Part shown: positions 8,521-17,103 of the stretch, in pieces
How positions within the stretch are numbered: the stretch's first letter is position 1
How the letters are laid out: every line of letters starts with the position of its first letter
Virus record (IMG/VR): IMGVR_UViG_3300027749_000364
Coordinates: 1-30,627 of that record
Origin: a virus
Taxonomy: Duplodnaviria > Caudoviricetes
DNA: 30,627 bases
Direction: 5' to 3' (one strand)
Notes under the pieces: model-generated
What the model was told of the DNA's origin: nothing
What the model saw: the letters and a program-made list of their open reading frames with translations, nothing else
The model's database searches: none
Program-made: the position numbers and the translations under genes

Positions 8521-9714
8521 TTAACATGTTGAAATTTGAACTCCAACCACACCAGAACTATTTACTGCGTATATCTTATTATCGCTACCTGCAATAGCAG
8601 TTAAGTTCGTCCATGGAGTATTGTAAGATTGATACAATGTTATACCTGTTGTAATGTAAGGTGCCGTAGTTACAGTGTTAGGCAAGTAAACGTTTGAAGC
8701 ATTCGCTACTGGGAATCCTGAAGACTGTATAAAGCACGGTGTATAGTAATAGCCCAATGAATTTCCTACCATTGGAGATAAAGAAACTGTTGGAGTTATT
8801 GTTACACTAGGCGTTCTAGTCGGTGTTATACTAGGCGTAATCGATATAGTAGGAGTTATACTTACTGTAATGCTTGGAGTAACCGAAGGTATAGTTCCCG
8901 GTGAAGTTGATGGAGTCACTGTAGGCGTAACTGTTGGAGTAGTAGTTACAGTTGGAGTAGCTGTAGGAGTTATTGTTACGCTAGGAGTTACAGACACAGT
9001 CACAGTTACAGAAGGCGTTCTCGTAGGTGGAGGTGGTGGTGTTGCTGTTACCGTAGGTGTCAATGATGGAGTAACTGTAGGCGTTAAGAACGGAGTCAAA
9101 CTTATACTTGGTGTAGGTGTTGGACTTGGTAAAATTGCTTGAATGTAAAAATCAAAAGTGGGATCTTGAATTAAACATATATAAGTGGGATCAGTAAAAG
9201 TAATAATTCCTTGCGAGTATATTACGTTTCCAACTTTTTTATTATCGACCAAAATGTCTATAACATTTCCATTACCGTCGTCTGTTAAATGATAGTTAGT
9301 ACTTAATGGATTTGTAGGTAGTATGTGTAAACTATTTCTAGAGATCTGCTCTCCAAACTGTTTTCTTGGAATATAGAAAAAAGAGACTTGATCGTTGGAA
9401 CCAGTGGGAAAATATCTAGCGTCTTCGTCACCGCTTCCAGATGCAGCTGTAGATTGATCGTAAGAATCGTAAGCGCTACCCGACTTTAACAAAGAACCGG
9501 AAATAAAGTTCTTGTAATAAAGCTGTTTGATTAATTGGTATTTTAGAGCATTATTATCCAAAGATCCAGTCACGGTCATAGGATGATAGAAGCCCCTATT
9601 TATAGTTATTCCTGCGTTGTCAAATGATTCACTTGTATAAGATGCAGAATACTTTAATTTAATAGGAGCCGAAGATATGTCTGAAAACCTTATCGTATTC
9701 TTCGATCTGCTCAT
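8521..9714 (-). CDS. virion structural protein with internal Pro/Thr/Ser mucin-like stalk (397 aa)
   Basis: N-terminal domain with LTDDGNGNVID...VGNVIYSQGIITFT, a motif seen in phage baseplate/tail proteins. About 120-aa PT/TPS repeat, then an about 80-aa C-terminal domain ending ISTC. Confidence 0.75.
   Translation of the reverse strand: MSRSKNTIRFSDISSAPIKLKYSASYTSESFDNAGITINRGFYHPMTVTGSLDNNALKYQLIKQLYYKNFISGSLLKSGSAYDSYDQSTAASGSGDEDARYFPTGSNDQVSFFYIPRKQFGEQISRNSLHILPTNPLSTNYHLTDDGNGNVIDILVDNKKVGNVIYSQGIITFTDPTYICLIQDPTFDFYIQAILPSPTPTPSISLTPFLTPTVTPSLTPTVTATPPPPPTRTPSVTVTVSVTPSVTITPTATPTVTTTPTVTPTVTPSTSPGTIPSVTPSITVSITPTISITPSITPTRTPSVTITPTVSLSPMVGNSLGYYYTPCFIQSSGFPVANASNVYLPNTVTTAPYITTGITLYQSYNTPWTNLTAIAGSDNKIYAVNSSGVVGVQISTC
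8773..9130 (-). repeat. Pro/Thr/Ser coding repeat array
   Basis: PSPTPTPSISLTP...TPSITVSITPTISITPS. Boundaries approximate. Confidence 0.85.
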
Positions 9715-9723
9715 TGTTTATTT

Positions 9724-10797
9724 TTACCAGTCTAATTTAACTCTAATAAGTGCCTCTTTTGTGAAGTCTTTTACCAACGGCTTCGATAACTTAGCTACTG
9801 CAAGTAATTCGTTATTGTTGTTGTACATACCCACAGTTGTAGGATACGTTTGAGGATTGTTGATAAAGTTAGAATAAACTAAGTTACCAGATCCAGATAT
9901 ATAAGAAGGATTGCTTGTGTAGTTATATTCGCCATTCTTAACTCTAATGAAAATATAATCAGAAGAAATTGTCTCTTGAGAATTTAATTGGAAACCAGAT
10001 CCTGTGCTAGAGAAAGCTAAACTACCGCTTCTAATCATTTCTAAAACTCTAGATTGATTGTATCCACCTAAAACTGGGTTAGTACTTCCGGTCATTGAGG
10101 CATTTATTCCTAAACCGCCTTGAGCAACTGGAATAGCGATCGCTGCTGGATTCAAGATAATAGCTCCCATATCAGGTAAGAATAAACCGTAAGATCCTGA
10201 AACGGTGTAGCCTTTAGAAGCGCCTGCGTAAGTAGGACTGTTTGCTGCCGTTCCGTTAGATCCAGAAACTATATTGTAAACTCTACCTCCGTCTATGTAA
10301 GTTACAGTTGAAACGTCGTTTGAGTTGTCGGTTAAAGAAAGAATAGTGCCAGATCCTGATATGCTTAATTGTAAATTGAAAGTGCCTGGAAATAAACTCT
10401 CTTTGTATCTGTTTCTATCTATAGCTAAAGCAATAATATCCAAAGAAGAAGTAACACCTGTACCGTTATAAGAAAAATCTACTAAAGACTCAGCGTCTCC
10501 GTACATTAGGTTTCTGTATTGACCGTAAGTGATTCTACTTGGTGTATTTTGAGGGATCAAAGGATTTAAAGGCGCCGAACCAGATCCGTAGATGTGGCCG
10601 TAAGCAATAGAAAATTGTATAGCGGAGTTACTTAAAGCTGATCCAGTTTGGTAAACGTCCAAGTAATAGCTACTCGTTGCGTTAGACGCCAAAGTGAAAA
10701 ACTGAGTAAGCACTGGTGAATTCGTACTCCATGCTGGTGCAGTAACTGAATCAGAGGATACTACGAAATCTGTTGGGTCTAATCTTGAAAATGACAT
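9724..10797 (-). CDS. putative baseplate/tail-fibre attachment structural protein
   Basis: C-terminus TTVGMYNNNNELLAVAKLSKPLVK...IRVKLDW resembles the tail-collar/baseplate 'iGLy..geLlAva' pattern; located in the tail module. Confidence 0.6.
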   Translation of the reverse strand: MSFSRLDPTDFVVSSDSVTAPAWSTNSPVLTQFFTLASNATSSYYLDVYQTGSALSNSAIQFSIAYGHIYGSGSAPLNPLIPQNTPSRITYGQYRNLMYGDAESLVDFSYNGTGVTSSLDIIALAIDRNRYKESLFPGTFNLQLSISGSGTILSLTDNSNDVSTVTYIDGGRVYNIVSGSNGTAANSPTYAGASKGYTVSGSYGLFLPDMGAIILNPAAIAIPVAQGGLGINASMTGSTNPVLGGYNQSRVLEMIRSGSLAFSSTGSGFQLNSQETISSDYIFIRVKNGEYNYTSNPSYISGSGNLVYSNFINNPQTYPTTVGMYNNNNELLAVAKLSKPLVKDFTKEALIRVKLDW

Positions 10798-10806
10798 ATT
10801 CTAATA

Positions 10807-11466
10807 TTATTGAGTTACTTTTGTAATGTTTACTGGGATACTTAATCTAGCGCCTGAATCTCTACCAATTACAACTAAAGTAGTGTACAACGTAGAGTTG
10901 GTTCCAAATAAAGTATTTAATGTTGTTGCCGATAAGTTAATGGTTGTACCGATGACAGTCTTGCTAACGTTTGTACCGATAGTAGTTGTGCTGTTCAATG
11001 ATGTAGCTTCTGGGGTATTGATTCCTAAGCCATTGAAAGCACTCATAGTTCTTACATCGCCTATAGTTGCAACGTAGCCTGATTGCTCGTATGTGCTTGT
11101 AGCGCCTAAGTAATTTAAGGTTTGAGGAGTAATAGATAGAGAAGCTCCTTGACGAAGTTGAATAGCGTTATAGCCAATGTCTAATACAGGAAGCTTAGCA
11201 GTACCTCTTGGTAATGTGATCAACTTGTATTTCATGATCTCTTGATCGTTAGGATATGCCTGTAAGATTGGCATAGCTTCTATGGCTTCACCGTAGAAAG
11301 CAGATCCAGAAGGATGGTTAGGGTTATAAAGGGTATAATCTATCTCATCGTCAGATAATGAAAATTGAGTGATTTGGAAAGACCCGTTGTTTCTAGCCAA
11401 AAGTTCTCTTCCTTTTTTGGTTAAAATGGCGTCTACTATTACCGATGTGCTACTTAAATATGACAT
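10807..11466 (-). CDS. putative tail-collar/baseplate structural protein
   Basis: N-terminus AILTKKGRELLA...FQITQFSLSDD resembles the N-terminus of P2 gpH-like tail-collar fibre domains. Confidence 0.6.
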   Translation of the reverse strand: MSYLSSTSVIVDAILTKKGRELLARNNGSFQITQFSLSDDEIDYTLYNPNHPSGSAFYGEAIEAMPILQAYPNDQEIMKYKLITLPRGTAKLPVLDIGYNAIQLRQGASLSITPQTLNYLGATSTYEQSGYVATIGDVRTMSAFNGLGINTPEATSLNSTTTIGTNVSKTVIGTTINLSATTLNTLFGTNSTLYTTLVVIGRDSGARLSIPVNITKVTQ

Positions 11467-11484
11467 TTTTTATGTGCTTTAGAA

Positions 11485-11492
11485 ATAAATAT
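11485..11492 (-). promoter_or_regulatory. putative late promoter motif ATATTTAT
   Basis: Intergenic, 18 nt upstream of the 11466 ATG. Confidence 0.6.
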
Positions 11493-11528
11493 TGACAAAA
11501 ACTGTTTTCAAATATAACTCTTTTTGGT

Positions 11529-11555
11529 TACCACAATATATAAATATTTGTGGTA
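11529..11555. repeat. inverted repeat TACCACAA-N11-TTGTGGTA enclosing an ATATTTAT motif (11540-11547)
   Basis: Perfect 8-bp arms at 11529-11536 and 11548-11555. No U-tract follows on the minus strand. Confidence 0.7.
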
Positions 11556-11565
11556 CGCCCTATTT

Positions 11566-14500
11566 TTAAATTAAATTTTGCTGCTTCAAAGCTTTGACTA
11601 CGTTACCCGAGTTTTTTCTTACCAGAGGATTGAGGTATTGAGGGAAGATCAAACCGTCTTGGGTAATATTGGCGCTAGAGCTATAATTCAATATTAAATT
11701 GGTCTCGTCAGGAATGTGCTTTAACACAACGTATCTTGATATGAATCCTGGGAAAGATCCACTGTCCACATTGTTCGTGCTCATCCCTCTGTCCAATGTA
11801 GCGTAATAGTAGCTAGTACTTCCGCTTAAGGCTTGATATACTGATACGACTCTAAATTCGTCAGATCTTCCAAAGGCTTGAGAAGAGCTGTTATAGAATC
11901 TTATCATATCTCCATAATCTAAAGAAAGAGGGAATACTGGAGTATCAAAGAATGATGCCGTTAGGCCGTAAGTAAACGCTCCGTAATATAAAGATTGAGT
12001 GGCTGTAAGTCTCACAGTCTTATTGTCTACTGCGTACCATCTATGATCGGTTTCTTGTACGCTATTATAGAATATGGTCTGCGTTGTATTTACTACACTA
12101 CCAGTTGCATACGCTGATACATCAAAAAGAGTAGGAACATTAAATAAGCTAGGATCTCCTGGCAATATTCCATTTAATGATTGAGGGAAAGCGGTATTCA
12201 CTGGATACTCTACGTAATAGATTTGATCGTTATAGCCTTGCGCTGCACCCAAAGAAGTAACAGTTCTTCTTAAACCGAATCTTAAGTTTTGAGATATCGT
12301 TGAGCTACTACCAGATATTATTGCGTTATAAGTATATTGAATACCTGGAGGTATTAATGTAAATACTGATGTGAAGTTAGATATGTTATTAACCGAATTA
12401 GGAGTTGTATATGTGTTAGATCCAGTAACTTGCAAACTAACTTGACCAGGAAAAGGATTTTTAAATATATAATTCATAGCTGGATTGTTAGATCCGTTTA
12501 GATTATATAATATTGGTGAATATCTAAATCCGCCTTCAAATAAAGTTACGTTTTGATTGTTTGTAAAGTACTGTATGTTAGGATCGGCTGGATCATAATC
12601 AAATAAAGATACATCCACAGATTCTCCAGACTTATAAACGTTTTGAACAGTAAATAAATTTTCGTTTGCTTTGGTTAAATTTAATACGCTCTGATCGTTA
12701 GTAAAGATATACTTAATCTGAGCATTCACTCTTCCCGGTAATTGTAAAGAAGACGAGTATAGATCTACTAAGTACGCATATTGAAATTTTAACTTATCAA
12801 TAGCCGCTGTGTTTCCGTAAGATTGATCTCCGCTAGTATAATCGTTATATGTCGCACTAATTGTTTTAGATCCATAATATCTAGGAACAGTGAAAGAATT
12901 CAAACTATAATTGTAATCCTGTAATTCTGCGTAAGGGTTATTAGGATTTGTGTAGGTGTTATAATTATCAAATTGAGATCTACTAATAGACTGAGTAATC
13001 AAGCCGTAATTAATAGGTTTTAATTGATTTGAAGTATAGTCTAAATCAAAGAATCTTTTAGATCTAACAGAAGCAGAAACGTTTTGATACAAAGGACTCA
13101 ACGAATAAGTTGTATAAAACGATGCTGTACCAGGAAATTGAATTTTAGATATTTCATTTTGACTACTAACAGAGGTCATAGTAGTAGCAGTAATTTTTGT
13201 GCCTTTGAAAGCTCCTGTAAATTTCTCTCTACCATCACTAGTAGTATAAGGAATTATACCAATAGAGGAGGTATAAAACCCGCTATCAGCAGTTGATCCG
13301 GAAAAACTATTTGCTGCAGATCCAGAGATATTAACCATGTCTATCGACTGCGAGAAGTTATTGCTAACACTCATGCTAGGCTCGTGTCTAGCGTACTTAT
13401 TTCTTTCTAGAATGTGACTCTTAACAATAATACCAGTAGATAGATTTGCTCTAGCAGGTACAAAATCTTTTATCGTTTTGAACAAAGAGTTATTGTAATA
13501 CTTGATTAATCTTATAAATTCCCAAATGCTGTGAGGCTTTGTGTAAGTGCTAAAATAACTTTGTTTTTGTACTTCTAAAGCTGGATAAGAACCTGAATAC
13601 ATATACTCTGGTTTACCTATCAATTGATCCATGTTTAGATTAGGTAAAGACGAAGATATATTCGTATTGATAGTGTAAGCTGTAGAAAAACCAACCTCTA
13701 AGTTAGTTGAGTTTAGCCTTCTATCAGTATTGTAGTATTGTAATGTCGAAAATGGAGAAAGAACAGATGCGCTTAAAGCCATTGGAGTTCCAGAATCGTC
13801 CATGTGACCATTAATATATATAGAGCCTTGCATAGAGCCCGTTCCTATGTATATTTTATTATTATTTATCTCTGAAATGCCTATTGATGTGTAACGATCT
13901 TCTCCACCAAATTCGTTGATTGTAAGTATATTGTCAGGAATACCGAAGGTAGAGATCAAAGCTTTTATAGATCTTTGAGTTCCCTTTGTCTTTAACAAAT
14001 ACGGCAAATTATGATACAATCTCTTGTATATTTCGCCTTGTAAAATTTCTGGACCCTCTGTTGTCAAACTAGAAGTTACGTAGTTTGTTATGTGTTCGGA
14101 TCCTGTTGGAGGTAATAAAGATCCGTCTTGATTGATGCCAAATAAAGTGTAGAATAGGTTGTCCGATACGTTAGTATTGGTGTATAATTCGAATCCAAGA
14201 CTTCTTAAAGCATCGGATACAACGTCCAAAGAAATTCCAGTTTCGGGATTATTAGAGGCTTCGTATCTGTTTGTAACGTCTTTGTAGTACAGCCAAATAT
14301 TATCGAAATGTTGACCCATCATGTCCATAAAAGTAGCGTAAGGAGCATTATTTGGATCGTCTAACAAGTATTGAGGAACAGCATTCTTTAATAAGTCTTT
14401 GTTAGTCGCGTCATAAAAAGAAGCGGAGTATAATAAAGATGTGGTACTTGGAGTAGTAACTGTATCTGCTGATCCCAACCAATTTAAAGCTGCAGATGAC

Positions 14501-15648
14501 GTTACCGAATACAGTTGATAAGGTTGAGTAGCGGTTCTCTTTGGCCATGACCAACTTCCAGAATTAAAGTATAAATAGTACTCGTAGGTATCAAATTTTT
14601 CAATGATATTATTTATTGAATTCTGTATAAAACCGATAGAAGAAGACACTGTAGAGGCTACCGTAACACCTCCAGACAATTGGCCTTGTTGTGCTATCTG
14701 ATCGTTAAAGCCCTCTATTAATTCTAATTTGTATACGAAATTATTCAATCTCTCTGTTGCGCTAGAGAAGTGAATAAAGTTTCCAAAATTGCTATAATCT
14801 ACGTTAATTGCTACCGATTTGTCTTGATAGTAACTCATTAACTTTTGGTAAGAAGAACTTATCGGACTAGTTAATAAGCTAGTATAATTGTAGTAAGGAG
14901 TAGTTTGAGTAGTCTTTTCGTTAACCTTTATTTTAAAGTTTGGGCCTCTTAAAGAGTTGGCGGTAGAAGAGGTTTCTACTGATGTTTGAATATCTACGTT
15001 AAAGCTTACTGACTCTGCAACTTTATCAACAATCCATAATTGAGACTTCATATCGTAAGCCGCAGGTAATGGTTCGTAAAGTTTGATTAGTAGATTTCCT
15101 CCATCTGCATCGTCTACGTAAGCAACGTTATTAGCGATAACTAATTCGTTATTACCAAAGTTTAAATAGAAATCTGGAAAGTAGTTCTTTGATACCGCGT
15201 AAGATTGATACTGAGTAAAAGAATTTCTTATAAGAATATCGCTAAGTACTTGAGAAGCTATTTTGATCTCAGTTCTTGAGCTAGAAATTTCTTTTATCCA
15301 ATAAAGAGTGCCATTACTAGAATTGAATAGCTTCCTAAAGAAATTGTATTGTATATTTAAAAGACCTCTGCTGTATCCTTTTAATTTTAAATCCTTTTCG
15401 GGGTCCAAAGTTAAAGCGCTAAATCTATCTGATCCCGCTATTGAATTGGCATCAGGATAATAGTCTTTAACATTGTAATCGTAGTCAACTAGATTATTGT
15501 TAGCGTCGTAAATAAAGAACTCAATATAGTCGCTAGTATCTCCAAAATCAGAAGTTACAAAGTTTGACGATACTAATCTATTATCTTGAGAAGAGTACGT
15601 TTGTTGTGAGAAACCGGGGCCAGAATACTGTATGCTAACTTTTTCCAT
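11566..15648 (-). CDS. large baseplate wedge/tail protein (P2 gpI / T4 gp7-like core), 1360 aa
   Basis: FMDMMGQHFDNIW...ALRSLGF...YKRLYHNLPYLLKTKGTQRSIKALISTFGIP..INEF matches the gpI-type 'KGT' wedge domain; lies downstream of the gpJ-like gene. Confidence 0.7.
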   Translation of the reverse strand: MEKVSIQYSGPGFSQQTYSSQDNRLVSSNFVTSDFGDTSDYIEFFIYDANNNLVDYDYNVKDYYPDANSIAGSDRFSALTLDPEKDLKLKGYSRGLLNIQYNFFRKLFNSSNGTLYWIKEISSSRTEIKIASQVLSDILIRNSFTQYQSYAVSKNYFPDFYLNFGNNELVIANNVAYVDDADGGNLLIKLYEPLPAAYDMKSQLWIVDKVAESVSFNVDIQTSVETSSTANSLRGPNFKIKVNEKTTQTTPYYNYTSLLTSPISSSYQKLMSYYQDKSVAINVDYSNFGNFIHFSSATERLNNFVYKLELIEGFNDQIAQQGQLSGGVTVASTVSSSIGFIQNSINNIIEKFDTYEYYLYFNSGSWSWPKRTATQPYQLYSVTSSAALNWLGSADTVTTPSTTSLLYSASFYDATNKDLLKNAVPQYLLDDPNNAPYATFMDMMGQHFDNIWLYYKDVTNRYEASNNPETGISLDVVSDALRSLGFELYTNTNVSDNLFYTLFGINQDGSLLPPTGSEHITNYVTSSLTTEGPEILQGEIYKRLYHNLPYLLKTKGTQRSIKALISTFGIPDNILTINEFGGEDRYTSIGISEINNNKIYIGTGSMQGSIYINGHMDDSGTPMALSASVLSPFSTLQYYNTDRRLNSTNLEVGFSTAYTINTNISSSLPNLNMDQLIGKPEYMYSGSYPALEVQKQSYFSTYTKPHSIWEFIRLIKYYNNSLFKTIKDFVPARANLSTGIIVKSHILERNKYARHEPSMSVSNNFSQSIDMVNISGSAANSFSGSTADSGFYTSSIGIIPYTTSDGREKFTGAFKGTKITATTMTSVSSQNEISKIQFPGTASFYTTYSLSPLYQNVSASVRSKRFFDLDYTSNQLKPINYGLITQSISRSQFDNYNTYTNPNNPYAELQDYNYSLNSFTVPRYYGSKTISATYNDYTSGDQSYGNTAAIDKLKFQYAYLVDLYSSSLQLPGRVNAQIKYIFTNDQSVLNLTKANENLFTVQNVYKSGESVDVSLFDYDPADPNIQYFTNNQNVTLFEGGFRYSPILYNLNGSNNPAMNYIFKNPFPGQVSLQVTGSNTYTTPNSVNNISNFTSVFTLIPPGIQYTYNAIISGSSSTISQNLRFGLRRTVTSLGAAQGYNDQIYYVEYPVNTAFPQSLNGILPGDPSLFNVPTLFDVSAYATGSVVNTTQTIFYNSVQETDHRWYAVDNKTVRLTATQSLYYGAFTYGLTASFFDTPVFPLSLDYGDMIRFYNSSSQAFGRSDEFRVVSVYQALSGSTSYYYATLDRGMSTNNVDSGSFPGFISRYVVLKHIPDETNLILNYSSSANITQDGLIFPQYLNPLVRKNSGNVVKALKQQNLI

Positions 15649-15989
15649 TAAATTAATTTGTTAATATTGAGATACGCGTTACTTAAATCCAATATTTGTT
15701 GACGAAGAGAGTTAATCTCTTCTATTAAAGCCAATTTTTCTGCGTCTAATACAGTTCCGCCGATATATTCTTGACTAGTTCTTACCAAGTATTCGTGAGA
15801 TTCTGTAAAACCATTTGCCGGTATATTGTAAAATAATTGAGTATAGTAGTTGAAGAATTGTTCAATAGTAATACCTGGCGCCGTTACAGGTGGGGGTGGA
15901 GGTACAAGCTCTGTGAAACTTGAATTAATTACTTTTTTGTAAGTATTTAAACCTCTTACTTGCTTTACTAAATCTACCTTTGTTGCCAT
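15648..15989 (-). CDS. hypothetical protein (113 aa), C-terminal coiled coil, likely structural
   Basis: TAATG-coupled at both ends within the tail module. Confidence 0.7.
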   Translation of the reverse strand: MATKVDLVKQVRGLNTYKKVINSSFTELVPPPPPVTAPGITIEQFFNYYTQLFYNIPANGFTESHEYLVRTSQEYIGGTVLDAEKLALIEEINSLRQQILDLSNAYLNINKLI

Positions 15990-17092
15990 TATCTAATTAT
16001 TTTAAATATAGAACCGTTGTCGATGTCTATAGATTCTCCTGTTGATAAAACTACTTTGATTAAAAGCTTGTAATATCTTTCAGGCTCCAATCCACTCATA
16101 TAAACCGTAAAGAAACTGCTTGTTGCATCGCAGCTTATTTTAGTATAAGTAGTGTCGAAATCAATTACTAGGTCTTCTGACTTAACGTCTTGAATTGCCC
16201 AATAAGAGGTTTGAGGTAATGCTTTATTTACTGTATAAATAGAAGAGGTTACAAATTGTCTCGCTGGATATTTGTCCCTTGAATTAACTCTAAACTTGTA
16301 TTTTCCTGTATCGGCTTTAAATATACCGGCATTATTTTGAATTGATACAACAAAATCGCTGGTATTTAAAACGCTTAAACTTCCTGTAACGTAAGAGCTA
16401 TCGTCCCATCTCATCTCTAATGTAGGAGGATATATAGTATGTGTATCTACTGAGAAGAAGTTTAAAGCTATAAAACTTGAAGAACTATTTTCTACGGCTT
16501 GAGGATGCTTAACAATAAATCCATTATTAATAGATCCACTAAACCATCTGTTAACAATAGAGGTAACATCAGCATTAATGTCTTTGCTGTCCTTGTATCC
16601 GAAAGATTGAGTAGCAAAAGAACCAGTCCAATTTCCACCTCCAGGAGTTAGGAAATAACTTGCGTTAGACCATTGATTAGATCCGCTAACATAAGACAAA
16701 GGATTATACCAAGAAGCTCCATTAATTGTAATAGGATAATCCGTAAATTTACCAGTACCCATATTCCAAGAAGAAGACACTTGAGCAATTTGAATGCTAT
16801 AAGTGGTTGCTAAATTTTCTGCATTGGCCAAATAAAGTTTTAATCCAGCCTGCCAAGATCCAGTAGCAAAAGATTTTATTGTAGCAATGTCGTTAGCGCT
16901 AAATTGAATCAGAGCTCTTCTTAAATCGTCGTTGTATATAGTTTGAGTTGGATCTTCTCCTATTGTGTATTGTATAGTTTCTACATTATTTTTAGCAGAG
17001 ACCTCCAAAATTTCGTCCAATCCTGTATTCTGATTGGCAAATCTAGAGTATAACGTAGCATCTGCAGATGGAAAAATTTTATATACTGACAT
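15989..17092 (-). CDS. structural protein with DNRLRE/CBM96-like beta-sandwich domain
   Basis: ADATLYS...NTG..EILEV...RALIQF...LKLY...SW...W...GG.W...DVTSIV..W...NNGFIVK...F.S......PTL pattern. Confidence 0.55.
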   Translation of the reverse strand: MSVYKIFPSADATLYSRFANQNTGLDEILEVSAKNNVETIQYTIGEDPTQTIYNDDLRRALIQFSANDIATIKSFATGSWQAGLKLYLANAENLATTYSIQIAQVSSSWNMGTGKFTDYPITINGASWYNPLSYVSGSNQWSNASYFLTPGGGNWTGSFATQSFGYKDSKDINADVTSIVNRWFSGSINNGFIVKHPQAVENSSSSFIALNFFSVDTHTIYPPTLEMRWDDSSYVTGSLSVLNTSDFVVSIQNNAGIFKADTGKYKFRVNSRDKYPARQFVTSSIYTVNKALPQTSYWAIQDVKSEDLVIDFDTTYTKISCDATSSFFTVYMSGLEPERYYKLLIKVVLSTGESIDIDNGSIFKIIR

Positions 17093-17103
17093 TGTTGTTT
17101 GGT

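Noticed and set aside
939-9130. Repeat arrays as a CRISPR array or diversity-generating retroelement
   Set aside because: The repeats are degenerate coding 18-mers with no constant repeat/unique spacer structure. I saw no reverse transcriptase or adenine-specific TR/VR pair.
11492-11518. Plus-strand TTGACA...TATAAC antisense promoter
   Set aside because: The spacer is only 15 nt, the context is AT-rich, and there is no plus-strand gene downstream.
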